From the NCBI GenBank assembly GCA_965116495.1, contig OZ220696.1:1920001-1984000 (forward strand): DNA of 64,000 bases. Reading direction: 5' to 3'. Within the stretch, counting starts at the first letter, position 1. Each line of letters begins with the position of its first letter. Below are positions 20,962 through 30,696 of the stretch, piece after piece. The stretch comes from Gammaproteobacteria bacterium. GTDB lineage: Bacteria > Pseudomonadota > Gammaproteobacteria > Eutrophobiales > Eutrophobiaceae. Position numbers and translations under genes: made by a program. The notes under the pieces were generated by a model. The model saw nothing but the letters and a program-made list of their open reading frames with translations. It was not told the DNA's origin and did not search any database.

Positions 20962-20987
20962 GCGCTCTTCCTCACCACTGCAGTTCC

Positions 20988-21437
20988 ATGGGTGATCTCA
21001 AACACCAGATCAAAGAAGACGTTAAAACCGCAATGCGCAGTAAGGAAAAAGAGCGCCTTGCGGCCTTACGGCTCATCACCGCCTCCATCAAACAACGGGA
21101 AGTGGATGAACGTATCGAACTTGACGACATCCAGGTCATGACTGTCCTGGATAAAATGGTAAAACAGCATCGCGATTCCATCCAGCAATACACGAAAGCG
21201 GACCGCCGGGACCTGGTCGAAAAAGAGCAATTCGAGCTTGATATCATCCTGGGCTACCTGCCCCGGCCGCTGGATACCGAAGAAATCAACATCATGATCG
21301 ATGAGGCGATTACCGCAACAGGCGCCGCATCAATGAGAGACATGGGAAAAGTCATGGGACAGTTAAAACCCGCGCTGCAAGGGCGTGCGGATATGGGCAA
21401 GGTAAGCGCACTGGTAAAAGCCCGGCTGAATACGTAG
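20988..21437 (+). CDS. GatB/YqeY domain protein
   Basis: AMRSKEKERL...KQREVDER...DMGKVMG; usual position after rpsU. Confidence 0.93.
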   Translation: MGDLKHQIKEDVKTAMRSKEKERLAALRLITASIKQREVDERIELDDIQVMTVLDKMVKQHRDSIQQYTKADRRDLVEKEQFELDIILGYLPRPLDTEEINIMIDEAITATGAASMRDMGKVMGQLKPALQGRADMGKVSALVKARLNT

Positions 21438-21581
21438 TATAAGCGTCAGGGCCTTTTCAAAGCCGACCAGGACCAGCCGTCACTTCTTACATGGGATAAA
21501 ACACAGCCTGGCAGAGGGAACGGCGCCGGGGTGACGGGTCTTGACAGGTTTGGCCGCTTACGTGGAACCCAGGCAGGGCTG

Positions 21582-23342
21582 ATGGCGGGCAGAATACCTC
21601 AAAGTTTCATTGATGACTTACTGGCGCGGGTCGATATTATTGAAATCATCGACAGTCACGTCCCTTTGCGTAAAGCAGGCAGGAACCACCAGGCCCTGTG
21701 CCCGTTTCACGATGAGAAAACACCTTCATTTACGGTAAGCCAGGACAAGCAGTTCTACCACTGCTTCGGTTGCGGCGCCAGCGGTACGGTCATTACCTTT
21801 ATCATGGAATTCAGCGGTCTGGGATTCGTTGAGGCGGTAGAAGACCTGGCTGCACGCTACGGCCTGGAAATCCCGCGCGAGGCAGGTTATCAACCGGTGT
21901 CAAAGCATCATGACGAACTGTATGAACTGCTGGAACAGGCCGCACAATACTACCAGCGCCAACTGCAGGGTCGCGACGGCAGGGCAATGGATTACCTGGA
22001 AAAACGAGGCATCAGCGGTACCGTTATCAAGGACTACGAAATCGGCTACGCGCCGCCGGGCTGGAAGAACCTGGTGAACGCCCTGGGCAAGTCTGCCGCA
22101 GCCAAGGCCCGATTGGTCGATGCCGGGATGATAAAAACCCGTGATACCGAGGGATATTACGATCATTTTCGCGACCGTATCATGTTTCCGATACGCGATC
22201 AGCGCGGACGTATCATCGGGTTTGGAGGTCGGGTGTTGGGTAAGGATACGCCGAAATACCTGAACAGCCCGGAAACCCCCCTGTTCCACAAGGGCCGCGA
22301 GTTATACGGCCTCTTCCACGCACGCCGCAAGAATAAGCAACCTGAGAGACTTTATATTGTCGAAGGTTACATGGATGTCATAGCGCTGGCCCAGTACGGT
22401 GTTGAAAACGCAGTCGCCACTCTCGGCACCGCCGCGACGGATAGTCACCTGGAAAAACTGTACCGGGTAGCCAGCCGGCTTATATTTTGTTTCGACGGGG
22501 ATGAAGCGGGCAAAAAAGCGGCCAGGAGGGCATTGGAAATCGCCGTCCCCCAACTCAAGGAAGGAAGACAGGCCTTGTTCAGCTTTATGCCCGAGGGAGA
22601 CGATCCGGACAGTTTTATCAGGCGCCACGGAGCAGAACAATTCCTGTCTGATGAAACTACCGTACCCCTTTCCGATTTCCTACTGGATTCGGTAAGATCC
22701 AGGTCCGGTACCGCCACCCGCGAAGGCAGGGCAAATTTTCTGGACCTGATCCTGCCTTACCTGGCTAAAATGCCTGTCAGCGGACTGCGCGAACTATTGT
22801 TGCATGAAGTCGCCGGGATCGCGCAAATCGATCCCGCCGGGATTCACAAGCTGTTACAGGAAAACCGGCCCGGCGCCAGCGCGCGTCGTTCCGGCATTCG
22901 CCCCCCCCGGCAGCATCGTGAAAGAACAGGTGATCTCAGCGTCATCATCTCGTACATCCTGAACAGGCCCGAACTGGCCATGCTGGTAGAAGACCCCGCC
23001 GAACTGTCCGGCATTGCAGTTCCAGGCGTCGAGTTTTTAGTGGAACTTGTCACGCTGGTCCACATGAACCCTGAAATAACCTGCGCGGGCATACTCGAAC
23101 ACTGGCGCGGCTCCCGTTATGAGCAACGCCTGAATGACCTTGCTTCAGGCTCCGGTTTGCCGGCAGATAAAGCTTTCGATCCGGAAAGTGAATTTATTGA
23201 CATGGTGGATAAGCTGAAAGCGGCTAAAATCAGACAATCCATGGAAAGGATTACCCGGTCAAGCCCAAGTGAACTCACTGATGAAGCTAAAACACAACTG
23301 CGCAGACGCTACTCAAAAGATAATGGGGGGAAAAACAGGTAA
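21582..23342 (+). CDS. dnaG: DNA primase
   Basis: MAGRIPQSFIDDLL start, CPFH zinc finger, KYLNSPET, EGYMDV and FDGDEAG TOPRIM motifs. Confidence 0.98.
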   Translation: MAGRIPQSFIDDLLARVDIIEIIDSHVPLRKAGRNHQALCPFHDEKTPSFTVSQDKQFYHCFGCGASGTVITFIMEFSGLGFVEAVEDLAARYGLEIPREAGYQPVSKHHDELYELLEQAAQYYQRQLQGRDGRAMDYLEKRGISGTVIKDYEIGYAPPGWKNLVNALGKSAAAKARLVDAGMIKTRDTEGYYDHFRDRIMFPIRDQRGRIIGFGGRVLGKDTPKYLNSPETPLFHKGRELYGLFHARRKNKQPERLYIVEGYMDVIALAQYGVENAVATLGTAATDSHLEKLYRVASRLIFCFDGDEAGKKAARRALEIAVPQLKEGRQALFSFMPEGDDPDSFIRRHGAEQFLSDETTVPLSDFLLDSVRSRSGTATREGRANFLDLILPYLAKMPVSGLRELLLHEVAGIAQIDPAGIHKLLQENRPGASARRSGIRPPRQHRERTGDLSVIISYILNRPELAMLVEDPAELSGIAVPGVEFLVELVTLVHMNPEITCAGILEHWRGSRYEQRLNDLASGSGLPADKAFDPESEFIDMVDKLKAAKIRQSMERITRSSPSELTDEAKTQLRRRYSKDNGGKNR

Positions 23343-23388
23343 CCGAATAAAAAATAGAACATTTAATCAACTCATTGATTTTTTTATA

Positions 23389-23397
23389 TGCTATAAT
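23389..23397 (+). promoter_or_regulatory. Extended -10 element upstream of rpoD
   Basis: TGCTATAAT (perfect TGnTATAAT) in the AT-rich dnaG-rpoD spacer. Confidence 0.5.
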
Positions 23398-23450
23398 AGA
23401 GAATTATTTTTTTGCTAAAAAGCAGTCCAACCACTTGATACCGGATTCTG

Positions 23451-25298
23451 ATGCCTATGTCGGACATTGAGACACTTGAAGAGCACGAACTCGAACACGA
23501 AGAAGATGATGAGTCGCAATTAAAATTATTAATTGCCAAGGGTAAGGAACATGGCTTCATCACCTACCATGAGGTCACGGAACATTTGCCTGATGAGATC
23601 GTAGACCCGGAACAGATCGAAGATATCATCAACATGATCAACGATATGGGAATCGAAGTCCATGAATTCCCCCCGGGCCTCGATCAATTGCTCCCAAACA
23701 ATTCGGAAACGCCCGTTGACGCGAATGCCTCCCTGGTCAGCGTTGAAAACGAATTCGGGAGAACAACCGACCCGGTTCGTATGTACATGCGGGAAATGGG
23801 TACGGTTGACCTGTTGACCCGCCAAGGCGAAATAAAAATCGCCAAGCGCATTGAAGGCGGCATGAACCAGGTTCTGTTCGCGCTTTCCCAGTATCCCGGG
23901 ACCATCAATATGCTCCTGGATGCGTACTTTTGCGTCCAGAACGGGGAATTGAAACTGAGTGACATTGTCCTTGGATTTAATATCCAGGAAGAGTACCCCG
24001 ATAAAGGTCTGCCTCCTTCGGCCAAGAAACAAACGTCCCGTCAAAACTCTGATGATGACTCCAGTGACACCGACTCGGACGATTCGGTGGACTTTGAGGA
24101 AGTCCGCAAGTCGATTATCGGACTTGATGGACTTTACAAGAAACTGGTCAAATACATCAAACAGCATGGCAAGGCTCACGAGAAAACTACGGCTATTCAA
24201 GATGACATCACGGAAACGTTTCTCCGATTACGCCTGGCGCCGAAATTTATCGCTGAATTGACCATCAACGTGCGCCGCACGATTGAACTGATCCGGAGAT
24301 CGGAGCGCGAGATAATGCGCTTGTGCGTAAAAACGTCGCGTATGCCCCGCAAGAACTTTATCGCCTCTTTTCCCGGTAATGAAAGAAACACGGACTGGAT
24401 CGGGCAACAGGTCGAAAATGACACCCCCTACGCACAGGACCTGGCGCAGGTTATGGACCAGGTGATTAAAATTCAGGAGCGGTTAGCCGAGGCGCTCAGG
24501 GATAATTTACTTTCTATCGCGGAGATAAAGGAAGTCAACCGGAAGATCTCCATCGGCGAGGCGAAAACACGCAAGGCAAAAAAAGAGATGGTCGAGGCCA
24601 ACCTGCGCCTGGTTATCTCCATTGCGAAGAAGTACACCAATCGCGGCCTGCTGTTTCTCGATCTCATACAGGAGGGCAATATCGGCCTTATGAAGGCGGT
24701 GGATAAATTTGAATACCGGCGCGGCTATAAATTCTCCACCTATGCGACCTGGTGGATCCGCCAGGCTATCACGCGCTCGATCGCGGACCAGGCCAGGACA
24801 ATTCGAATCCCCGTGCACATGATCGAGACCATCAACAAACTGAACCGAATCTCGCGACAGATACTGCAGGAGCAGGGCCGGGAACCCACGCCGGAAGAAC
24901 TGGCGGAAAAAATGGACATGCCGGAAGAAAAGATTCGCAAGGTGCTCAAGATCGCCAAGGAACCCATTTCCATGGAAACCCCCATCGGCGATGACGATGA
25001 TTCCCACCTGGGCGACTTTATTGAGGACCTGAATACCCAGGCGCCGGCCGAATACGCCAGTTTTGAGGGATTGCGGCAGACGATGAGGGAGTCGCTCAAC
25101 GGGTTGACGTCCAGGGAAGCAAAAGTATTACGCATGCGCTTCGGCATTGAGATGAATACGGACCATACGCTGGAAGAAGTAGGCAAACAGTTTGACGTAA
25201 CCCGCGAGCGCATCCGGCAAATAGAAGCCAAGGCATTGCGCAAGCTGCGCCACCCGAGCCGTTCCGAGCAGTTGCGGACGTTCATCGAAGGCAGTTAA
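23451..25298 (+). CDS. rpoD: RNA polymerase primary sigma factor RpoD (sigma70)
   Basis: [48 protein letters not shown] and TRERIRQIE. Confidence 0.99.
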   Translation: MPMSDIETLEEHELEHEEDDESQLKLLIAKGKEHGFITYHEVTEHLPDEIVDPEQIEDIINMINDMGIEVHEFPPGLDQLLPNNSETPVDANASLVSVENEFGRTTDPVRMYMREMGTVDLLTRQGEIKIAKRIEGGMNQVLFALSQYPGTINMLLDAYFCVQNGELKLSDIVLGFNIQEEYPDKGLPPSAKKQTSRQNSDDDSSDTDSDDSVDFEEVRKSIIGLDGLYKKLVKYIKQHGKAHEKTTAIQDDITETFLRLRLAPKFIAELTINVRRTIELIRRSEREIMRLCVKTSRMPRKNFIASFPGNERNTDWIGQQVENDTPYAQDLAQVMDQVIKIQERLAEALRDNLLSIAEIKEVNRKISIGEAKTRKAKKEMVEANLRLVISIAKKYTNRGLLFLDLIQEGNIGLMKAVDKFEYRRGYKFSTYATWWIRQAITRSIADQARTIRIPVHMIETINKLNRISRQILQEQGREPTPEELAEKMDMPEEKIRKVLKIAKEPISMETPIGDDDDSHLGDFIEDLNTQAPAEYASFEGLRQTMRESLNGLTSREAKVLRMRFGIEMNTDHTLEEVGKQFDVTRERIRQIEAKALRKLRHPSRSEQLRTFIEGS

Positions 25299-25337
25299 TT
25301 GTCATACTGACGTAAGATCGTCATATCGGCGTTGTTC

Positions 25338-25364
25338 GTCATACCGGTGCAAGCCGGTATCCAG
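25338..25364. repeat. GTCA-type REP-like hairpin
   Basis: GTCATACCGG-TGCAAG-CCGGTATCCAG, with an ATACCGG/CCGGTAT stem. Confidence 0.5.
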
Positions 25365-25399
25365 AAATCTGAGATACAATTCAGCTGGACTAAATATTT

Positions 25400-25456
25400 G
25401 GGCCTGTAGCGGGGCCGCATGGCGGCAAGGTTAGAGCAGGGCAACCCGCCAGGGTT
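25400..25456 (+). pseudogene. Degenerate copy of the tRNA-Ile 5' half interrupted by small palindromes
   Basis: GGGCCTGTAGC (25400-25410) and GGTTAGAGCAG (25429-25439) are identical to the tRNA 5' exon. GCCGC-ATG-GCGGC lies between them and AACCC-GCCA-GGGTT follows. Confidence 0.6.
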
Positions 25457-25498
25457 ACGTGTATGATCTGCCGCAATATATTTAATTTGTAATAGTTT

Positions 25499-25821
25499 GG
25501 GCCTGTAGCTCAGTTGGTTAGAGCAGTGGACTCATCAAAAATGGTGCGTTCATATCGAAAGATATGAAATGAACGGGATGAATTCAGGGAAACCTTAACC
25601 CGCCTGCCCACCAGGACAGGAGGAATGGCAACCCTGAGCCAAGCCGGGGGTACACCCCCGGAAGGTGCAGAGACTACCTGGGAACTGAAGTGTTCTTAAT
25701 ATCAGGCTAGAGCGTCCCGTACCCTAACATTTGGTTGAGGGTAGTGAGATAGTCCGCTCCTTTTAGAAATAAAAGGATAAAGTGAATCCATTGGTCGTAG
25801 GTTCGAGTCCTACCGGGCCCA
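25499..25821 (+). tRNA. tRNA-Ile2 (anticodon CAT), split by a group I intron; exons 25499-25535 and 25785-25821
   Basis: Joined exons fold into a cloverleaf: acceptor GGGCCTG/CGGGCCC, D arm GCTC/GAGC, anticodon arm GTGGA-CTCATAA-TCCAT, T arm GTAGG-TTCGAGT-CCTAC. Ile2 rather than Met is inferred from the usual position downstream of rpoD. The 3' end reads ACCG, so CCA is not fully encoded. Confidence 0.92.
25536..25784 (+). ncRNA. Group I self-splicing intron (IC3-like), 249 nt, no ORF
   Basis: P1 CAT/CA-AAAA-TG-GTG with a U.G splice-site wobble; P2 TTCATATC-GAAA-GATATGAA; P3 ACGGGATG/CGTCCCGT; P AATTCAGGGAAA; Q AACCCTGAGC; R GTGCAGAGACTA; S GAGATAGTCC; P9 TCCTTTTA-GAAA-TAAAAGGA; terminal G at 25784. 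Confidence 0.93.
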
Positions 25822-25923
25822 CCGGATAACGTTGTTATGCCTTCGCCCTACAAGTCCTGGACCAGGCGAAAGCCCAGGTAAGCGTCCCTCATTCCTGCGA
25901 CGGGTTGTTATCCGGAACCGTTC

Positions 25924-28263
25924 TCACACAACTGACACCGGTTCCGGCCTGGCCATGCGGTAGCCGACCGCGCGCACGTTCTGGATGTAGACCGGCAGGG
26001 CCGGGTCATCACCGAGCTTTCGGCGCAGTTGCTTGACAAAGGTACGGACCCGGTCCTGGTCGCCCGATTCAGGACCGTTCCATAGTTGGCGGATCAGCGA
26101 GTCGTAACTGACTACGCGTCCCGCGTTCACCGAGAGGATGTGCAGCAGCTCGTATTCGGTAGCGGTCAGATCTACCGGGCGGGCGGCCATGGTCACCCGC
26201 CGCTGCTCGTACTGGATGGCGAGGTCGCCGAGTACGAAGGGTTCCAGTTCGGTGCGCCTGCGCAGGGCAGCACGGACCCTCGCCGTCAGTTCCGTCGCCG
26301 AGAAGGGCTTGACGATATAGTCGACAGCGCCCTGTTCCAGCGCCTTGGCGATTGTCTCGTCCCGGCCATAGGCAGAGATGAAGATGACTGGAGTGTCGGC
26401 GATCTCCGAGGTACTTTGCATGATCTCGATGCCGTCGGCGCCGGGGAGGATCAGGTCAAGCAAGACCAGGTGGGGCTTCTGCGCCTGAATGATCCGGGGC
26501 AACTCGTTGTAGTCACCGGTCACAATCGGGGAGTAGCCGGCCCGATCCAGTGCGTCGCGAACGAAGCGGAGTATCTGCGGGTCGTCATCCAGCACCAGGA
26601 TGGGCGGGCGCTCGCTTCCCTGCTGGGAGGGGCGGTATTGATCACGAACGCCGCCGGCCTCTTCGGCTACCGGAATCGTGAAAGTGATTTGTGTCCCCCG
26701 GCCCGGCCCGTCGCTGTGCGCCTGGATGCGGCCTCCGTGGGCCTCCACCAGCCCCTTGCAGATGGCCAGCCCCAGACCGCTCCCGCGCCTGTCATCGTCG
26801 CTGAGGATCGTGTACTTGCGGAACAGGCGCGGGAGTTGCTCCGACGGTATCCCTTCACCCTCATCTGTGACCGTGACTGCCACGTGCAGGCCCTCGCGTA
26901 ACCCGGCGACCCGGATAGGAGAGGTACCGAGAGAGAACCTGGAGGCATTGGAAAAGAGGTTGCTCAGCACCTGTACGATGCGCCCCCTGTCGGCGAGCAC
27001 ACGGGGCAGGTCCTGCGGAAGGTCGATCAGGATCGTGTGCTTGCTGCCGCCGCTCAGGAAAGCATTCCTTGCCTGGTCCACCAGTGCGGCCAACTCGACA
27101 GGCGCTGGTGAGACGGACAGTGTGCCCGCGTCGATGCGGCCCGCGTCCAGGAGGTCGCTGATCAGGCCGCGCATGTGATCGGCCTGCTCATCGATGATGC
27201 GAAAGAACTGGTTCACCTCGCCCGGGTCCAGCGCAGAAGAGGCATCCAGCAAGGTGGTGGTCGAGCCCTTGATGGCAGCGAGCGGCGTGCGTAACTCGTG
27301 GCTGACCATGCCCAGGAACTCCGCCCGCAACCTGTCCAGTTCCTCCAGTTGCGCCAGGTCCTGCATGGTGACCACCACCGAGTCGACTTCGCCCTGTGCG
27401 GAACGGATGGGCGTGACGTTGAGCAAGGTGGTGACGCTCCTGCCGTCAGGAACCGATAGCACGACTTCCTCGGCGCGCATGGTCTCGGCTGTCGTTAATG
27501 TTTGTACGCCCGGATACTCGCTCAACGATACCTCGCGCCCATCGGTGAGCCGGCACGTGATCACCTCAATCAGTTCCTCCATGGACTTGCCCGGCATGCG
27601 CAGACCTTCGCCAATCCGGTTGGCCTCCCGGTTGAACGATACCGGCATGCCGGTCCTGGCGTCGAACACTACCACGCCCACCGGCGAGGTCTCCACCAGG
27701 GCCTCGAGGTCGGCCCGCGCCCGCTGCTCGTCGCGGTGCGTGCGGGCATTGGCGATGGCCGTCGCCGCCTGTGACGCGAACAACACCAGCACCTCTTCGT
27801 CCTGGTCCGTGAACGCCTGCCCGCTTTCCTTACCGGCGAGAAAGAAGTTGCCGACATGCATGTCGCGACGACAGATCTGCGTGCCCAGGAAGGTCTCGGA
27901 CAGAATCAGGTCCTCCGAGTAGCCGAGCGAACGGATATAAGTGGACAGGTCTGCCAGCCTCACGACTCCCGACACATCGCGCAAGTGTTCAATGAGCCGC
28001 GGGGTATCGGGGTTTTGCTCGAATTTTTGGTGCTCTTCGCCGGTGAAGCCGGAACTCACGAAGTCCTGGATTTCCCCGCTTTCTCCATAGGTGGTGATGA
28101 TGCCGTAGCCGGCACCGGTCAGGGCGCGGGCGCTGTCCACCACCTCCTGCAGGACGGTGTCAACGTCAAGGCTCGCGCTGATACGCAGGATCGCCGCACT
28201 CAACTGCGAGAGCCGCTCCTGCAGCGCCTCGAGATCCCGCGTATTTTCTTTGCGATCAACCAT
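25924..28263 (-). CDS. Soluble hybrid regulator: GAF-PAS-HisKA-HATPase-receiver-OmpR-type winged helix
   Basis: GAF (FTDQDEEVLVLFASQAA), PAS, H-box SHELRTPL, G2 box GSGLGL, receiver (LDDD, LLDL, KPF), C-terminal LTATEYELL...NVRAVGY; no transmembrane helix. Confidence 0.9.
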   Translation of the reverse strand: MVDRKENTRDLEALQERLSQLSAAILRISASLDVDTVLQEVVDSARALTGAGYGIITTYGESGEIQDFVSSGFTGEEHQKFEQNPDTPRLIEHLRDVSGVVRLADLSTYIRSLGYSEDLILSETFLGTQICRRDMHVGNFFLAGKESGQAFTDQDEEVLVLFASQAATAIANARTHRDEQRARADLEALVETSPVGVVVFDARTGMPVSFNREANRIGEGLRMPGKSMEELIEVITCRLTDGREVSLSEYPGVQTLTTAETMRAEEVVLSVPDGRSVTTLLNVTPIRSAQGEVDSVVVTMQDLAQLEELDRLRAEFLGMVSHELRTPLAAIKGSTTTLLDASSALDPGEVNQFFRIIDEQADHMRGLISDLLDAGRIDAGTLSVSPAPVELAALVDQARNAFLSGGSKHTILIDLPQDLPRVLADRGRIVQVLSNLFSNASRFSLGTSPIRVAGLREGLHVAVTVTDEGEGIPSEQLPRLFRKYTILSDDDRRGSGLGLAICKGLVEAHGGRIQAHSDGPGRGTQITFTIPVAEEAGGVRDQYRPSQQGSERPPILVLDDDPQILRFVRDALDRAGYSPIVTGDYNELPRIIQAQKPHLVLLDLILPGADGIEIMQSTSEIADTPVIFISAYGRDETIAKALEQGAVDYIVKPFSATELTARVRAALRRRTELEPFVLGDLAIQYEQRRVTMAARPVDLTATEYELLHILSVNAGRVVSYDSLIRQLWNGPESGDQDRVRTFVKQLRRKLGDDPALPVYIQNVRAVGYRMARPEPVSVV

Positions 28264-28469
28264 TTACCCGCCCCCGCCCCTTATTGTGAGGATTTATTCC
28301 ACGCAATCCCCGAAATACTCACAATTAAACGCATTAAGGGCACGATAATCACACGATTGCTATGTTAGAGTCAATCGCACGCTATTACAGATCCGTATAC
28401 GATAAGCCACAACCTGGGGAGGTCACACTTGAAACCAACACTACAGGCGCAGTCGCACCCATTGCCTGA

Positions 28470-29609
28470 ATGACTTCAGAATCAGGCACATCCGCCGGCT
28501 TATCGGAGCCCCCCGTTCTGGTCACCGGCTCTGCCGGGCACGTAGGCGCCAACCTCGTGCGCAGGCTGCTCGACGACGGCATCCGGGTACGGGTGTTGCT
28601 GAGACACGAGGACAACAACGAGGCATTGGAAGGACTCGAAGTCGAACGCACGTTTGCTGACATCCGGGATCTGGATGCCACCCGGCGCGCACTGGAAGGC
28701 TGCCAGGGCGTTTATCACGTAGCAGCCAAGATCTCAACCATCGAAGGCAACCACGCCCATCGCCGCGAAGTATTCGAGTGCAATGTCCTCGGTACCCGCA
28801 ACGTGCTGCAGGCTGCGCGGGAGGCGGAGGCCGGCCGGGTGGTGGTGACGGGATCATTCAGCGCGGTCGGTTATGACCTGGATGACCCGTCGGCGCCCAG
28901 TGACGAGACCATGCAGTTCTACCCCATGGAACGCACGATGCCCTACGAGCGCAGCAAGACACTGGTCGAGCATGAATGCTGGCGCGCCGCGGCAATGGGG
29001 CAGGATGTCATTGTCGCCACCTGTTGTGCCGTAATCGGGAGCGCCGATTTTTTCCCCTCGCGCCTGGGCAGGACCTTGTGCGACTACACCAACGGCAAGC
29101 TCCGTGCTTACGTGGATGGCGGTTTCGAGTTCGTCGCGGCGCGGGACATCGTCGAAGGACACCTGTTGTGCATGCGCCATGGACGCCCGGGCGAAAAGTA
29201 CATCTTCAGCAGCGAGTACAAAACCATTTCCGAGATCCTGGACCTGTACGAGGAGGTCTCGGGCATCCCGCGACCGCGCAGGCGGATACCGATCCCGATG
29301 ATGCTCGTCTTCTCGGAGGTGGCGAGCTTTTACCTGAGCCGGTTTCACCCGGGTTTCAACCAGCGTTTCACCCCTGGCGCCATCCGCCTGTTGAAAAAGT
29401 GCCGCCACGCCAACATCGACAAGGCGAAACGGGATCTGGGCTACCAGCCCACCAGTATCCGCGCCGCGGTGCACGAGGCCTATGCGTTCCACTACCAGCG
29501 CAACGCGATCAGGAACCCGCGCGCGAAACGCCCGTACGTTGACGCCGTGAGTCAGCCGGAAACTCTCAATCCGGGCCAGGGTATCCAGGTATCTACCGAA
29601 GGGGCTTGA
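28470..29609 (+). CDS. 3beta-hydroxysteroid dehydrogenase/decarboxylase-like extended SDR (SdmB-like)
   Basis: TGSAGHVG, YHVAA and YERSK. The sterol function is inferred from cluster context. Confidence 0.72.
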   Translation: MTSESGTSAGLSEPPVLVTGSAGHVGANLVRRLLDDGIRVRVLLRHEDNNEALEGLEVERTFADIRDLDATRRALEGCQGVYHVAAKISTIEGNHAHRREVFECNVLGTRNVLQAAREAEAGRVVVTGSFSAVGYDLDDPSAPSDETMQFYPMERTMPYERSKTLVEHECWRAAAMGQDVIVATCCAVIGSADFFPSRLGRTLCDYTNGKLRAYVDGGFEFVAARDIVEGHLLCMRHGRPGEKYIFSSEYKTISEILDLYEEVSGIPRPRRRIPIPMMLVFSEVASFYLSRFHPGFNQRFTPGAIRLLKKCRHANIDKAKRDLGYQPTSIRAAVHEAYAFHYQRNAIRNPRAKRPYVDAVSQPETLNPGQGIQVSTEGA

Positions 29610-29610
29610 T

Positions 29611-30696
29611 ATGAACCCGGCATCATGTGCGCCACCCGGCTTCGATGAAGCCCGCACCCTGCGCCAGCAGGCGCGGGCCGCGGGCATGGACCCGGATTAC
29701 TGGTACGCGGTCGAGGAAGTGCGCCGGGTTAAACCGGAGACCGTGGTCGAGATTGTTTTCTGGAAGCGTTCCATAGCCCTGTACCGGGCGAAAGACGGCT
29801 CGTTTCACGCTATGGATAACCGCTGTGCGCACCGGCAACTCAAACTTTCCCTGGGCGATGTGCAGGGTTGCCGGCTGGTGTGCGCCTACCATGGCTGGGA
29901 GTATGATGAAAACGGGGTCCCCTACAGCCGGTCCGGGCAGGGCCTCAGGAACCTCGCGCTGAGGACCTATCCCATACAGGTCCGCTACGGCCTGGTCTGG
30001 CTGTTTCCCGGGGATCCGGAGCGGGCGCGGCAGCGCGAAATCCCGGATATTCCTGAACTCGAAGGCCCATCCCGGTGGGCCTGTGTACCGCTGAGCTTCA
30101 CCTGGTCAGCGCACCACTCGATGGTGATCGACAACGTCAGCGACTTCACCCACGCCCACCTGCACCGCCGCTACCGCCCCTTTGACGATGCCACCCTCAC
30201 CCGCTGCGAGACCGACGGCGACAACGTGCATCTCGCCTACGACACGCAAGTCGGGCGCGGGCCCGTCTCCAGGCTGTTCGTCGACCACAACCGTATCGAC
30301 ACCAACCACATGGAGCTTTGCTACCAGTACCCCTACCAGTGGTCGAATACCGATGACGAGATAAAACACTGGCTGTTTGTGCTACCCATCGATGAACGCA
30401 CCACCCGGGCGTTTTTCCTGTTCTACTTCCGGTCGCTGAAAATCCCCGTTCTGCCGGTGAGGATCCCCCGGTTCGCCATGACCACGGTTATGAAGATTTC
30501 GAACCGCATGCTTATCGGCCCGTTACTCAGCCAGGACGGCGTTGCGGTCGAGGCGGAGCAGCAGGGGTACGAGAGGCACTGGGATGCCCCTCCCTTCGAG
30601 TTCAACCCGGTCGTCAAGGCTTTTCAGGATGTGACCGTGCGCAAGTGGCGGGAACACCTGGCGCGCACAAACGGGAGCGGTGATGCCGGGGCCTGA
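29611..30696 (+). CDS. Rieske oxygenase, putative sterol C-4 methyl oxidase (SdmA-like)
   Basis: CAHR...CAYH and DNVSDFTHAHLH; starts 1 bp after the SDR stop, inside the sterol cluster. Confidence 0.72.
   Translation: MNPASCAPPGFDEARTLRQQARAAGMDPDYWYAVEEVRRVKPETVVEIVFWKRSIALYRAKDGSFHAMDNRCAHRQLKLSLGDVQGCRLVCAYHGWEYDENGVPYSRSGQGLRNLALRTYPIQVRYGLVWLFPGDPERARQREIPDIPELEGPSRWACVPLSFTWSAHHSMVIDNVSDFTHAHLHRRYRPFDDATLTRCETDGDNVHLAYDTQVGRGPVSRLFVDHNRIDTNHMELCYQYPYQWSNTDDEIKHWLFVLPIDERTTRAFFLFYFRSLKIPVLPVRIPRFAMTTVMKISNRMLIGPLLSQDGVAVEAEQQGYERHWDAPPFEFNPVVKAFQDVTVRKWREHLARTNGSGDAGA

Noticed and set aside
25499-25821. Calling the tRNA a Met tRNA, or a pseudogene broken by an insertion
   Set aside because: The G1-C72 pair excludes initiator tRNA, the rpoD-linked position favours Ile2, and the insert has a complete group I core, so the gene is probably functional. 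Elongator Met is not formally excluded.
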